Shown in pieces: positions 20,077 to 30,462 of a stretch of DNA of 64,000 nucleotides. Location of the stretch: positions 64,001 through 128,000 of the forward strand of contig CAXXWX010000006.1 of assembly GCA_963675745.2 (NCBI GenBank), in the 5' to 3' direction. This DNA is from Phycisphaerae bacterium (lineage in GTDB: Bacteria; Planctomycetota; Phycisphaerae; UBA1845; Fen-1342). Positions within the stretch are counted from its first letter, which is position 1. Every line of letters starts with the position of its first letter. The position numbers and the translations under genes are program-made. The notes under the pieces were generated by a model. It was given only the letters and a program-made list of their open reading frames with translations, ran no database searches and was not told the origin of the DNA.

Positions 20077-23000
20077 ATGTCGCCGCGAACCACCGTACCG
20101 CGATTAGTCGCCGTGGGAGTCGTTGTCCTTGCCGCCGGTCTACCGGTCGCCGGAGCGAAAACTCCCGCCGACAAGTTCTACGAAGGGTATTACCTGGAAA
20201 CGGTCGCGCAAGACTACGCGGCCGCGGCGGATTTGTATCGAGAAGTCACCAGCGCCGACCAGGCCGCACCGGGAATCCAGGCCAAGGCACGCGCACGGCT
20301 GGCGATCTGCCGCGAGGATCTGGCGTGTCAGGATTTCACGCGCCTGATGCCGCCCGCACCGCTGGCATATGTCGAGATGAACCGACCGGGCGAGCGGGTC
20401 CGCAAGCTGCTTGGTCAACTCGGTCTGCTGGCCGATGAGAATGGCGGGGCCCCGGCCGCCGACCAGATCGCGATCCGGCCGGCGGTGATCGACACCCTGC
20501 TGGGTGTGCGCGGGGCGGCCGTTGCGATTACCGGTTTCGACCCGATGACGCAGATGCCATCGGGTGTGCTGGTCTTTCACCCCGGCAACATTGATCTGGT
20601 GCGCAGCGCTATCGAGTCGGCGCTCCCCGTTGCCGCCGAGCCGGTCAGCCCGATCGGGGGTTTCGCCACCTATCGCGTCGACGAAAAGGTATTCGTCACA
20701 CTGACGGCGCGGCTCGTCATTGTCAGCACGACCGAAATGCAGATCGAAGAGGTGCTCGCACGGCTTGCCGGCGATGACACGGAGTCATTGGCGACCAACC
20801 GCGATCTGGACGACATCCGGCCGGGCCACGATGACGCCCTGCTGCTCTTCTTTGTGAATCCCAAGCCGCTTATGCCGATGATCAACGCGATGCTCACAGC
20901 GGCCGCCGCCCAGGAGCCGGAGCTCGCGACCGTGCAGGCCCTGCTGGACATCGGCAGTCTGCGCTCGTTCAGCGGGCGCTTCGACCTCAGTGACCGGGGG
21001 TTGCTGTTCGAGCTCAGCCTGCGTTTGGACAAGGACCATCACAACCTGGTGTACAACTTCCTGCGCGGACCGGCCATCGACCCCGAGACGCTGCGCTGCA
21101 TCCCGCCGGATGCGGCCTTTGTCGTCGCGGGAGCGTTGAACCACGCGCCCGAGGATTATGACGCCCTGCCGCCGATCAAGCGCGAAGGCCGGCCGATCGT
21201 GACGTATCTCGATCTTGGACGGGAGATCTTCGCGAACATCAACGGCGTGGCATTGGCCGCCCTGCCACCTACTGAAGCCAAGCCGCGCGGAGACGAGCCG
21301 ATTCCCGACATCGCGTTGGTGATAACGGTCAACGATCCGAAGATGTCGCGAGTGCTCTGGAACCAGATCCTCGGCTTGGGCAGCCTGGCGTCGGGTGCGG
21401 CAAGCATGCGCGGCCAAACCCACAAAATCGACGGCGTCAGTGTGCAGAGCTACAGCTTCGAGGACAAGGTGACCGTCTTCTTCGCCACCGCCGGGCACCA
21501 CCTGCTCGTCGGCACATCCGAGTCGGCGATGGCCCGCTCGATTGCGGCGATGAAGGGGGAGTCGGTGCTCGATGAGCCGGCTTTCGAGGAACCGGTGGCG
21601 CGCCTGAATGGCCACACGAGCTTCGCGGCGTTTATGCATCCCGCGCGCTGTGCCGAGATCGGCAAGTTGTACATGTCGGCGCGCGAAGTTGCCGAGATGG
21701 AGCAGTTCATCGCGCCGATGACCGATACGGTTGCGTCGGTGATGGTGACGCATTCCGATCAACTGCTGCGCCTGACCGCTGCGGTGACCGGGATTCCTGA
21801 CGTGGGCGAGGTGGTTGCAAAAGCGATTGCCAGAGAGCGCGTCAAGAACAAGCTCTCTCGCGCCAAGGCTGCAGGAGATTGGAAGACGGCGGGACGGATC
21901 TACGACCGCATGCTGGCCGAGCGGCCCGGTGATCCGGACCTACTGCGCGGCAAGTTCGACGTTCTCGCCATACACAAACGAGACCACGACCAGGCCCTGG
22001 CGCTGGCGGATGAGCTTCTGAAACAGTGGTCCGACAACGCCCATCAACTTAACAGCTTCTCATGGGCGCTGCTGACCAGTGATGTCTACGGCAAGCAATA
22101 CACCGACGTTGCGCTGCGGCTCAGTCGGCGTTGCAACGAGCTGACCGAACACAAAGTCGCCGCGTATGTGGATACGCTCGCCGAGGCCTGCCAGCAGAAC
22201 GGCGATATCGAGCAGGCCCTGGAACTCCGCAAGCAGGCACTCGACCTGGTCGGCTCGAGCTATGCCGGCGACCGGCCGGACTATGCGACGCGCTACATTG
22301 CGACGCTGCACGCAGCGGGGCGGGATGGGCAAGCGGCGGCGTTTGCCGAGCAGGCGCTCGGCGATATCAGGGATCAGTTCGGCAATCGAGGTGCAGAGAT
22401 GTTGTCAGTCGTTACAAGCTGGGGAGCCGGGCTGTCCAACGCCGGCTATCCCGCTTATGCCGTGCCTCTGTATCGCGAGGCGCTCGAAATCACTCGCGAG
22501 CAGCAGGGGCCCGCATCGCCCGCGACCGCCGCAGCGCACAACGCGCTTGGCGTCATGTGTTCGTGGAGTGGAGACCCGGCAACCGCCGCCGACGAGTACC
22601 GCGTGGCGCTGGGGGCCTACCGCGAATTGGAAGGAGACGAGAGTCTCAACACCAGTCAGGCGCGGACGAACCTGGCGGGCACGTTGGCGGAATTACAAGA
22701 GCTCGACGAAGCCGAGGAATTGGCGCGCGACGCGGTTGCCGCCTTGCGTAAGTTGCGCGGCGACGATCACTTCAACACGGCCGAGGCTCTGCGCACGCTC
22801 GGGTGCATCCTGGTCGAGCAAGGCAAGCTGGCTGAGGCTGAGGACGCTTTGCGCAATGCGCGCGCGAGCTTGAGTCGCTTGAATCTGGCGAGCAGCGATC
22901 GCTGGCGGATCGGGCGCGCCGAGGGCTGGCTCGGGCGCTGTCTGGTCGAACAGGGTCGCTTTGCCGAGGCAGAGCCGCTGCTGCTTGGCGCCTACCAAGC

Positions 23001-23163
23001 ACTGCACCAGTCGCGCGGCGATGCGTTCTCCGATACCCGCACCGTGCTTAGACACGTGGTTGCTCTGTATGATGCATGGGACAAACCTGATCAGGCTGCC
23101 CAGTGGCAAACGAAGTTGCCGCTCGCGGAGAAGTCATTAACCACGCGCGGGCCGGACAGCTAG
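20077..23163 (+). CDS. Large exported protein with C-terminal TPR array
   Basis: Signal peptide; central alpha/beta region; repeats such as NLAGTL..L.E.DEAEEL, GRFAEAEPLL. Confidence 0.75.
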   Translation: MSPRTTVPRLVAVGVVVLAAGLPVAGAKTPADKFYEGYYLETVAQDYAAAADLYREVTSADQAAPGIQAKARARLAICREDLACQDFTRLMPPAPLAYVEMNRPGERVRKLLGQLGLLADENGGAPAADQIAIRPAVIDTLLGVRGAAVAITGFDPMTQMPSGVLVFHPGNIDLVRSAIESALPVAAEPVSPIGGFATYRVDEKVFVTLTARLVIVSTTEMQIEEVLARLAGDDTESLATNRDLDDIRPGHDDALLLFFVNPKPLMPMINAMLTAAAAQEPELATVQALLDIGSLRSFSGRFDLSDRGLLFELSLRLDKDHHNLVYNFLRGPAIDPETLRCIPPDAAFVVAGALNHAPEDYDALPPIKREGRPIVTYLDLGREIFANINGVALAALPPTEAKPRGDEPIPDIALVITVNDPKMSRVLWNQILGLGSLASGAASMRGQTHKIDGVSVQSYSFEDKVTVFFATAGHHLLVGTSESAMARSIAAMKGESVLDEPAFEEPVARLNGHTSFAAFMHPARCAEIGKLYMSAREVAEMEQFIAPMTDTVASVMVTHSDQLLRLTAAVTGIPDVGEVVAKAIARERVKNKLSRAKAAGDWKTAGRIYDRMLAERPGDPDLLRGKFDVLAIHKRDHDQALALADELLKQWSDNAHQLNSFSWALLTSDVYGKQYTDVALRLSRRCNELTEHKVAAYVDTLAEACQQNGDIEQALELRKQALDLVGSSYAGDRPDYATRYIATLHAAGRDGQAAAFAEQALGDIRDQFGNRGAEMLSVVTSWGAGLSNAGYPAYAVPLYREALEITREQQGPASPATAAAHNALGVMCSWSGDPATAADEYRVALGAYRELEGDESLNTSQARTNLAGTLAELQELDEAEELARDAVAALRKLRGDDHFNTAEALRTLGCILVEQGKLAEAEDALRNARASLSRLNLASSDRWRIGRAEGWLGRCLVEQGRFAEAEPLLLGAYQALHQSRGDAFSDTRTVLRHVVALYDAWDKPDQAAQWQTKLPLAEKSLTTRGPDS

Positions 23164-23182
23164 CGCCGCCTCCCCATCGAGC

Positions 23183-23210
23183 GTAGTAGCCGACCCCCGA
23201 GTCGGCCGTG
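23183..23210 (+). repeat. REP family 2 singlet
   Basis: GTAG-TAG-CCGAC-CCCCGA-GTCGG-CCGTG, same unit as at 41008 and 62120. Confidence 0.65.
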
Positions 23211-23385
23211 CTCCAGCGCCGGTGTGCCCGAGGAGGCTTCGCGCGAGAGATCCTGCGGTTGGCCCTGCTGTCGGCCGTTGTGGATACACAGAGTTTGGGT
23301 CGGGTGGGTGTGTGGCCCACCAATACCGCCGCGGCTGGCAATGGACGCTGGCCGCGGCGGTTACTTCTGTTTGCGTCGGGCCGGA

Positions 23386-24069
23386 TTACTGGCGATTCAG
23401 CCGCTCGACCATCCTCATGAGGCGCAGGGCCAATTGGCGCTTGCTCATCAACGGCAGTGGCTGCCACTCGCCGCCGCGTGCGAGCACTTCAACGCGGCTG
23501 CGCGCCGTGCCAATCGCGGCCGGTGCGTTGAGCACGATCGCATCGAGGCCCTTTTCGCGCAGTTTCTTCTCGGCGTTACGGCGCGGCTGGCGATCCTCGA
23601 GCGCGAAGCCGATCACGGTTTGACCTTTGCGGCGCGTGCGGCTCAGGCGCGCGAGGATATCGGGCGTCTGCTTGAGTATGAGTGAAAGCTCGCGGCCGGT
23701 CTTCTTTCGCTTGTGCGGCATGACACGTGCGGGCACATAATCCGCGACCGCGGCGGCCATGATGAGACAGTCGTGGTCGTGCCAGACATTGCGGCATGCC
23801 TGCCACATCTCGCGTGCGGAAACGACGGCGATCGGCTGTACGCCGGGCGGCAATGTCAGCGCCACGGGACCGTGTACCAGCGTCACCGCGTGACCGCGAC
23901 GCACGGCCGCCTCAGCCAGCGCGAACCCCATCTGCCCGGAGGAGTCATTGGACAGGTAGCGAACCGGGTCGAGGTACTCGCGCGTCGGGCCGGCGGTGAT
24001 CAAAATACGCGTCGGGTGCTTGTCGGCGTCGGACGGCCGACGAGAACGTCGGCCGCTACGAGTGCTCAT
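23386..24069 (-). CDS. coaB: Phosphopantothenate--cysteine ligase (CoaB, stand-alone)
   Basis: LITAGPTREYLDPVRYLSNDSSGQMG, AAAVADY, IGFALE. Confidence 0.92.
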   Translation of the reverse strand: MSTRSGRRSRRPSDADKHPTRILITAGPTREYLDPVRYLSNDSSGQMGFALAEAAVRRGHAVTLVHGPVALTLPPGVQPIAVVSAREMWQACRNVWHDHDCLIMAAAVADYVPARVMPHKRKKTGRELSLILKQTPDILARLSRTRRKGQTVIGFALEDRQPRRNAEKKLREKGLDAIVLNAPAAIGTARSRVEVLARGGEWQPLPLMSKRQLALRLMRMVERLNRQ

Positions 24070-24709
24070 TCGCGTGTCTCGGTGGCTGCGAGCGGAGTTG
24101 CTGCTGAACGACATCGAGAATGTGCTCGGGCTCACTCATGCGCCCCGGCCCCACGCCGCCGCACGCCAGCCAGCCGTCCTCCGGTCCGACCAGCAGCGTG
24201 CCTCTCTCGCGCAGCAGTGTAACGTTGCGCTGCACGGCCGGGTGCCGCCACATGCGGGTGTTCATGGCCGGCGCCACCAGCACCGGGCAATCCGCGCCGA
24301 GCAGCAGTGTGCTGACGAGATCGTCGGCGATCCCCCCGGCGAGCTTGCCGATAACGTTGGCGGTCGCCGGCGCAACCACGATCAGGTCGGCGCGCTCGCT
24401 GAGCGCGAGATGCTGCATGTTGGAGTCGCCCACGGGCTTCCACATGCTGGTATGCACTTGCCGCCCGCTGAGCGCGCGAAAAGTGAGCGGTCCGACGAAG
24501 CGGCGGGCGTTGCGCGTCATGGTGACCGTCACGCCCGCGCCGCGCTGCACCAGGTGCGAGACGAGGGCGGCGGTCTTGTAGGCCGCCACGCCTCCGGTTA
24601 CACAGATCACGACTTCGTAGCCGCTGAGTGCGGGCTGCCGGCTGGGTTCGGCTGGTGGGGTCTGATCAGGTGGGTTTGACGTCGGCAAGGCCTGAAGCCT
24701 CGTAGTCAA
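24056..24709 (-). CDS. coaC: Phosphopantothenoylcysteine decarboxylase (CoaC, stand-alone)
   Basis: VTGGVAAYK, APATAN, PAMNTRMW, LACG..G.GRM; start uncertain. Confidence 0.92.
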   Translation of the reverse strand: MTTRLQALPTSNPPDQTPPAEPSRQPALSGYEVVICVTGGVAAYKTAALVSHLVQRGAGVTVTMTRNARRFVGPLTFRALSGRQVHTSMWKPVGDSNMQHLALSERADLIVVAPATANVIGKLAGGIADDLVSTLLLGADCPVLVAPAMNTRMWRHPAVQRNVTLLRERGTLLVGPEDGWLACGGVGPGRMSEPEHILDVVQQQLRSQPPRHANEHS

Positions 24710-24890
24710 TCTTGATCTTACCTTCGGCGATTTCCTGGATCACAACTTCCATGTCGGTCTTGCCCGTCGGATCGACCAGCGGTCGCGCGCCCTGCATGAT
24801 TTCGAGCCAGCGCTTCTGAATCAAAGCGGTGAACTTGAATCGGCCGCCGACCTGGGCAATTACATCGTCGCTTAGCAGTGGATGGAGCAT
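24666..24890 (-). CDS. rpoZ: RNA polymerase omega subunit
   Basis: 74 aa, VGGRFKFTALIQKR...EIAEGKI; gmk-rpoZ-coaBC synteny. Confidence 0.85.
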   Translation of the reverse strand: MLHPLLSDDVIAQVGGRFKFTALIQKRWLEIMQGARPLVDPTGKTDMEVVIQEIAEGKIKIDYEASGLADVKPT

Positions 24891-24904
24891 ACCGTACCTG
24901 TTCC

Positions 24905-25471
24905 CTAGCTGATAATGTCTATAACGCGGCTGATAGTCTCTTCTAGTATATCGTTGGTCACGAAGTATTGGTAGTGACCGCTGCCGCGGGCAAACGCGAT
25001 CTCTCCGTCGGCTTCCTCCAGCCGCTTGTGTTGCAGGGCCTCCGATTCCGTGTGCCGGCCCGCCAGGCGCGCCTGAAGCGTCTCCATGGTCGGCGGCAGC
25101 ACGAAAACACGCAGCGATTCGGGCATCTGCTCGGCGACCTGGGCCCCGCCCTGCACATCTATCTCCATCACCATGATCTCGCCACGCTCCAGAGCTTCCT
25201 CGACCGGCTGGCGCGGTGTGCCGTAGATGTGACCAACGTACTCGGCGTGTTCCAGCAGCTCGCCCGCCGCGATCATCCGGTTGATCTCGTCGCGCGAGAC
25301 GAAGCGATATTCGCCGCCGTCCTTTTCCTGGCCGCGTGGCGGCCGGGTGGTCACCGAGACCGACCAACGCGCGTTGGGCACGCGCTCAAGCAGCGCGTTG
25401 CAGATCGAGGTCTTTCCGGCCCCGGATGGGCCGCTGATCACCACCAGTTTTCCACGCTTCGGTTGGGCCAT
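24905..25471 (-). CDS. gmk: Guanylate kinase
   Basis: SGPSGAGKT, SVSVTTRPPR, YGTP, EIDVQG. Confidence 0.96.
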   Translation of the reverse strand: MAQPKRGKLVVISGPSGAGKTSICNALLERVPNARWSVSVTTRPPRGQEKDGGEYRFVSRDEINRMIAAGELLEHAEYVGHIYGTPRQPVEEALERGEIMVMEIDVQGGAQVAEQMPESLRVFVLPPTMETLQARLAGRHTESEALQHKRLEEADGEIAFARGSGHYQYFVTNDILEETISRVIDIIS

Positions 25472-25506
25472 GGTCTGGGTTGCCTAAAGGTCCTATAGAC
25501 AATTCT

Positions 25507-25531
25507 GTAGCGGACTGCGCCTCGCAGGCCG
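25507..25531 (+). repeat. REP family 1 copy
   Basis: GTAG-CGGACTGCG-CCT-CGCAGGCCG; matches copies at 38846 and 39755. Confidence 0.8.
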
Positions 25532-25562
25532 TTTGCGCTAAAGGGTGTTTCCGGGATACGCC

Positions 25563-25955
25563 CTAGCTCGTCGATTGCAGTGCGCTGAGTGTGCTCAGTC
25601 GGCGCTGCTGGAGAACGCGTTCGGCGCTGCCGACGTCGGCCTCGTCCAGTGCGCGCCGGGCGTTTTCGACCACCTCCGCCGTAACCTGCTCGGCGAGCAG
25701 CGCATTGGGCGTGAGGACGGCCACATCATTGTCGTGTACCTGGGCAAAGCCACCGTCGATGAACACCCGCCGTGCGTGGCCATCTGTTTCGTAGCGAAGC
25801 TGGCCGATGCCGAGTTCGCACATCAGGGGGGCGCGCAGGTTCAACACGCCGATCTCGCCGTCGTGAGCCGGAATCACCACCGCGGTTGCCGTCTCGCGCA
25901 CAACCTCGCGCTCGGGCGTGATTACCACCAGGTTGATGTTCTTGGACTCGGCCAT
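25563..25955 (-). CDS. atpC: F1 ATP synthase epsilon subunit (orphan)
   Basis: VITPER, PAHDGEIGVL...AP, L.IG, IDGGFAQV..N.V.VL. Confidence 0.88.
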   Translation of the reverse strand: MAESKNINLVVITPEREVVRETATAVVIPAHDGEIGVLNLRAPLMCELGIGQLRYETDGHARRVFIDGGFAQVHDNDVAVLTPNALLAEQVTAEVVENARRALDEADVGSAERVLQQRRLSTLSALQSTS

Positions 25956-26029
25956 GGCGTTTGGGCTTGTATCTGGAATCCCGGGGCTAGTCAAGTTCGG
26001 CGGCGAAGCGCTGGGCTTGCCAGCGGTCG

Positions 26030-26341
26030 TCAGTCATCCGCTTTCGACGTATTGGTGCCGGTTGTCGCGCCGGCCTTGTTGTCCGCGGTGCTTTTCTTGT
26101 CGTCTGTTTTGGGCTCGCCTGTCTTTTTTTCGGCCTCGGCCGCTTTTTTGTAGGACTCGCTACGATAATCGGTCTGGTAGAACCCGGAACCCTTGAATAT
26201 GAGCCCGGCACCGGTCCCGATCAAGCGTTCGAGCTTGCGCGCGCCACACACCGGGCACTTCTTCAGCACGGGTGCCGTGATCGACTGGAACTCCTCAAAC
26301 TGGTGGCCACACGCGCTGCACGCATAGTCATACGTTGGCAT
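26030..26341 (-). CDS. FmdB family zinc-ribbon protein
   Basis: MPTYDYACSACGH.FE..Q, CPVCG, FKGSGFYQTDY. Confidence 0.92.
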   Translation of the reverse strand: MPTYDYACSACGHQFEEFQSITAPVLKKCPVCGARKLERLIGTGAGLIFKGSGFYQTDYRSESYKKAAEAEKKTGEPKTDDKKSTADNKAGATTGTNTSKADD

Positions 26342-26949
26342 CAGTCTTCCTCCGGCGCGTTGTCGTCGGTATCCGCATCGGCCGGGGCCTTGCCACTGGA
26401 GACAATCACGCGTGTCGAGCGAATGACGCGGCCGAGCATAACATAGCCGCGCTGCAATTCCTGGAGCACGATTCCAGCCTCATGGTCATCGCTGGGCTGC
26501 TGCATCATCGCCTCGTGGAAGTGCGGGTCGAACTTCTTGCCGACGGCCTCAATCGGCTTTATGTGCCGTCCATCGAGCACTTTGAGGAAGTGCTCGTATA
26601 CGATGCGTACGCCGTCGGCGAGTGCCTCCTGATTAGCGCCGTCCCTGGCCGATTGCAGCGTGCGTTCCAGATCGTCCAGCACGATGAGCAATTCGCGGGC
26701 GAAGTCGGCCTCGGCGTATTTGAGCGCGTCCGCCTTTTCACGTTGGGCGCGCTGATGTGTGTTGCGCACCTCCGCGGCCAGACGCATATTCTCGTCCTGG
26801 AGCTTCGCACAGCGCTGCCGAGCGGCCTCGAGCGGATCAGGCTCGTCGCCCGCCTCCGCCTCGACTGACGGCTCCGCGGGCGACACGTCATCCGCCGCCG
26901 CGCGCTTCGTGTCCTGTTCAAGGTCAGACGATTTCGCGTCGTCCATCAC
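26341..26949 (-). CDS. grpE: Nucleotide exchange factor GrpE
   Basis: LL.VLDDLER, FDPHFHEA, LQRGY....RVIR. Confidence 0.95.
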   Translation of the reverse strand: MMDDAKSSDLEQDTKRAAADDVSPAEPSVEAEAGDEPDPLEAARQRCAKLQDENMRLAAEVRNTHQRAQREKADALKYAEADFARELLIVLDDLERTLQSARDGANQEALADGVRIVYEHFLKVLDGRHIKPIEAVGKKFDPHFHEAMMQQPSDDHEAGIVLQELQRGYVMLGRVIRSTRVIVSSGKAPADADTDDNAPEED

Positions 26950-27062
26950 TTCGTGTTCCTCAGGCGCGGTGGCCGCCCCTTGTGGCGGCCGTTGGTGTCC
27001 GAGTGATCATTGGCGCTCGCCGGCCACTTCTCATTATGTATGCCGCATGCGCCGTCATCCCG

Positions 27063-28217
27063 CTAACCCTGATCATCACCGGCACCGGTGAGATAGTCTT
27101 TCAAACGCTCGAAAAACCCCTTCGATTCAGGCAAAACGTGCCTGTCCTCGGTCTCCGCGAACTTCCGCAAAAGCTCCTTCTGATGGGCGGCGAGCTTCTT
27201 GGGCGTCTCGATAATCACCTGCACGATTTCACGCCCGCGACGACCGCTGCGCATGTTTGGCAGCCCTTTGCCCGACAGCTCGAACAACTCGCCGTATTGC
27301 GTGCCCGCTCTGATGCGCAGCGGCGTGGTACCGGTGAGCGTCGGCACATCCACTTGGGCGCCCAGGGCCGCCTGCGTGAAACTGATCGGCAGTCGACAGA
27401 TCAGGTCGTCACCCTGCCGTTCAAAAAACTCATGCTCCTTCACGCGCACCACACACAGCAGGTCGCCGCGCGCGCTGCCGAGCGGACCCGGCTCTCCCTC
27501 GCCAGGCAAGCGAATGCTCTGGCCTTCGTGGATGCCGGCCGGGACTTTGACGTTGAGCACGCGCTCTTTCTTGGCGCGCCCGGAACCGTGACAGGCGCGA
27601 CAGGCCTTCTCGATGACCTGTCCGCGGCCGTGGCAATTCGGACACTCAACCACGGTGCGCGTGACAAGAAACCCCATCGAGCGCTGCTGCTCAACCTGGC
27701 CATACCCGCCGCAGGTCTGGCAGGTCTTGCGGTCCGTGCCGGGCTCGGCGCCGCTGCCCGCGCAGACATCGCAGAAGTCGTTGCGCAACACGCGCAGCGT
27801 CTTGGTCACACCGGTGGCGACGTCTTTGAGGTCCAACTCGACCACCGTCTGGACGCTGACGCCGCGCGTAGCGCGTGACCGGCCACCGAAGGCTCCGCCA
27901 AACGCATCGCCGAACAGATCGCTGAAGACGCTGAAGATGTCGTCGGCGCGCATGTGCGAGAAATCGTGCAGCCCGACACCTTCAAGCCCGGCATGGCCGT
28001 AGCGGTCATAGCGCTGCCGTTTCTCGGGATCCGAGAGAACCTCGTAGGCTTCGGATGCCTCCTTGAATTTCTCCTCGGCCCCCGGCTCCTTGTTGCGGTC
28101 GGGGTGGTACTTCAGCGCAGCCTGGCGGTACGCTCGCTTGATCTCGTCGGGCGAGACGGATCGCTCGACGCCGAGCACATCGTAGTAGTCGCGCTTTTCA
28201 GCCACACCGGTACTCAT
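27063..28217 (-). CDS. dnaJ: Chaperone DnaJ
   Basis: J-domain HPD, four CxxCxGxG repeats. Confidence 0.97.
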   Translation of the reverse strand: MSTGVAEKRDYYDVLGVERSVSPDEIKRAYRQAALKYHPDRNKEPGAEEKFKEASEAYEVLSDPEKRQRYDRYGHAGLEGVGLHDFSHMRADDIFSVFSDLFGDAFGGAFGGRSRATRGVSVQTVVELDLKDVATGVTKTLRVLRNDFCDVCAGSGAEPGTDRKTCQTCGGYGQVEQQRSMGFLVTRTVVECPNCHGRGQVIEKACRACHGSGRAKKERVLNVKVPAGIHEGQSIRLPGEGEPGPLGSARGDLLCVVRVKEHEFFERQGDDLICRLPISFTQAALGAQVDVPTLTGTTPLRIRAGTQYGELFELSGKGLPNMRSGRRGREIVQVIIETPKKLAAHQKELLRKFAETEDRHVLPESKGFFERLKDYLTGAGDDQG

Positions 28218-28290
28218 CGTTGTTGTCGCGGTCGCGCGTCTCGTCGGCCCTCACATGGTCGCTCGTAACTGGCCGAACGTCACAAGACAA

Positions 28291-28313
28291 CAGGGGCGTG
28301 AGCCACGCCCCTG
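28291..28313 (-). terminator. Hairpin/terminator after second groEL
   Basis: CAGGGGCGTG-AGC-CACGCCCCTG 10-bp stem; TTGTCTT follows on minus strand. Confidence 0.6.
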
Positions 28314-28341
28314 CCGTGCGGTTGCCGTACTTGCAGCGCGG

Positions 28342-29958
28342 CTAGTGGGTCGCGCCCTCAACGTTCTTCTCCGCGTCCTCCTTGTACTCCGTACAGAGGA
28401 CATCGGTTGTGAGCATGAGGCCGGCCACACTGGCGGCGTTTTGTAGCGCCACACGCGCCACCTTTGCCGGATCGATGATGCCGGCTGTGAACATATCGAC
28501 GTATTCGTCGGTGGCCGCGTCATAGCCGATGTTCTTGCCCTGCGACAGGATCTCATCCACGACCACGCCGCCATCCTGGCCGGCATTGTCGGCGATCTGC
28601 CGCGCCGGGTACTCGAGGGCCTTGGCGATGATCTGGTAGCCGAGCCGCTCGTCGCCTTCGATGGTGCGCAGCGCGTCGTTGATCGGCTTGATCGCGTGCA
28701 GGAATACCACGCCCCCGCCGACCACAACACCCTCTTCGGCGGCGGCCTTGGTGGCATGGAAAGCGTCATCGACAAGGTCTTTGCGTTCCTTGACCTCGAT
28801 CTCGGTGGACCCGCCGACCTTCACGAGCGCCACGCCCCCGGTGAGTTTTGCCAGGCGCTCCTGGAGTTTCTCGCCGTCATAGTCGCTGGTGGTCTTCTCG
28901 ATCTGCTTGCGAATCTGCTCGATGCGCGAGTTGATCTCTTTCTTCTTGCCGGCCCCTTCGATGAGCATGGTGTTGTCTTTGTCGATCACCACGCGCTTGG
29001 CGGTGCCCATCATGTCGAGCGTGACACTCTCGAGTTTCAGGCCCTGGTCCTCGCTGATAAACGTACCGCCGGTCAGGGCGGCGATGTCACCGAGCATGGC
29101 CTTGCGCCGATCGCCAAAGCCGGGCGCCTTGACGGCGGCCACCTTCAGCACTCCGCGCAGTTTGTTCACGACCAACGCCGCCAGCGCCTCGCCCTCGACA
29201 TCTTCAGCGATGATCAGCAACGGTCTGCCGATGTTGGCGGTCTTCTCGAGCACGGGCAGAAGATCGCGCAGCGCGCCGATCTTCTTCTCGTAAATGAGAA
29301 TGGCCGGGTCTTCAAGAACGGCCTCGAGCGCGTTGGGGTCGGTGATGAAATACGGGGAGATGAAGCCCTTGTCGAAGGCCATGCCTTCCACATGCTCCCA
29401 GGTGGTCTCGGTGCTCTTGCCTTCCTCGACCTCGACCACGCCGTCCTTGCCGACCTTGGCAAACGCCTCGGCCAGCATCTTGCCGACTTCCTTGTCGCCG
29501 TTGGCGCTGATTGTGCCGACCTTGGCTATGTCGTCCTTACCTTTGACAGCCACGGCCTGTTTCTTGATGCACTCGACGGCGATTTCAACGGCCTTATCTA
29601 TGCCGCGTTTCACTGCCATCGGTGCGGCGCCGGCCGTGATGTGCTTGATACCCTCGGCGAGGATGGCCTCGGCGAGAACGGTGGCGGTTGTCGTCCCGTC
29701 GCCGGCGACGTCAGACGTCTTGCTGGCGACTTCGTTGACGAGCTTCGCGCCCATGTTGCGGAACGGATCGGGCAGGTCGATTTCCTTGGAGACGGTTACG
29801 CCGTCCTTGGTGACGCGCGGCGCGCCCCACGACTTTTGCAGCAGGACATTGTGTCCGACAGGGCCGAGCGTGGACTTGACCGCGCGGCTGAGTTGGCGGA
29901 CACCGTCCAGCAATTCGGCGCGGGCCCGTTCCTGATTCAACAGTTGCTTAGCTGGCAT
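28342..29958 (-). CDS. groL: Chaperonin GroEL (paralogue lacking GGM tail)
   Basis: [37 protein letters not shown]. Confidence 0.97.
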   Translation of the reverse strand: MPAKQLLNQERARAELLDGVRQLSRAVKSTLGPVGHNVLLQKSWGAPRVTKDGVTVSKEIDLPDPFRNMGAKLVNEVASKTSDVAGDGTTTATVLAEAILAEGIKHITAGAAPMAVKRGIDKAVEIAVECIKKQAVAVKGKDDIAKVGTISANGDKEVGKMLAEAFAKVGKDGVVEVEEGKSTETTWEHVEGMAFDKGFISPYFITDPNALEAVLEDPAILIYEKKIGALRDLLPVLEKTANIGRPLLIIAEDVEGEALAALVVNKLRGVLKVAAVKAPGFGDRRKAMLGDIAALTGGTFISEDQGLKLESVTLDMMGTAKRVVIDKDNTMLIEGAGKKKEINSRIEQIRKQIEKTTSDYDGEKLQERLAKLTGGVALVKVGGSTEIEVKERKDLVDDAFHATKAAAEEGVVVGGGVVFLHAIKPINDALRTIEGDERLGYQIIAKALEYPARQIADNAGQDGGVVVDEILSQGKNIGYDAATDEYVDMFTAGIIDPAKVARVALQNAASVAGLMLTTDVLCTEYKEDAEKNVEGATH

Positions 29959-29982
29959 CTAGCGCTCCCTTTGGTCGCTTGT

Positions 29983-30107
29983 AATGCAGAATGCGGAATG
30001 CTGAATGCAGAAACTCGCAACGCAAGCAGCACGACTATTCATGCACCGTCAGTGAGGTAAACACCTCACGGACGGTAGTTTCTGCATTCATCATTCATCA
30101 TTCATCA
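29983..30107. repeat. Inverted heptamer arrays (AATGCNG)n / (CATTCAT)n with inner hairpin
   Basis: TGAATGCAGAAACT pairs with AGTTTCTGCATTCA; inner ACCGTC-a-GTGAGGT/ACCTCAC-g-GACGGT. Confidence 0.8.
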
Positions 30108-30110
30108 ATC

Positions 30111-30425
30111 TCACACTTGTACCGCCAACACGTCGCTCTCGCGGATGACGACGAGCGTATCGCCGTCGATTTCGACCTCGGTGCCGCTGTACTTGCCGTA
30201 GAACACGCGGTCGCCGAGCTTGAGCGACATCTTCCCGCGCTCGCCGGTCTTTTCGATCAGTTTGCCGGGGCCCAGCGCTACGACTTTGCCCTGATTGGGC
30301 TTTTCGCGGGCGGCCTCGGGCAGCACAATCCCGCCGGCAGTGACTTCCTCAGCCTCGAACGGCTGCACAACAACGCGATCATCCAACGGACGAATTGTGA
30401 CTTTCTTAGCAGTGGCTGTTGCCAT
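30111..30425 (-). CDS. groS: Co-chaperonin GroES
   Basis: IRPLDDRVVV, TAGGIVLP..A.EKP, KYSGTEV, ESDVLA. Confidence 0.97.
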   Translation of the reverse strand: MATATAKKVTIRPLDDRVVVQPFEAEEVTAGGIVLPEAAREKPNQGKVVALGPGKLIEKTGERGKMSLKLGDRVFYGKYSGTEVEIDGDTLVVIRESDVLAVQV

Positions 30426-30462
30426 GTCTAGAGCTCTCCAGTGTTACGATGAATACCAGGAC

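Noticed and set aside
23386..24709. coaBC as a frameshifted pseudogene
   Set aside because: Both halves have intact motifs and coaB has its own ATG overlapping the coaC end; split coaB/coaC is known
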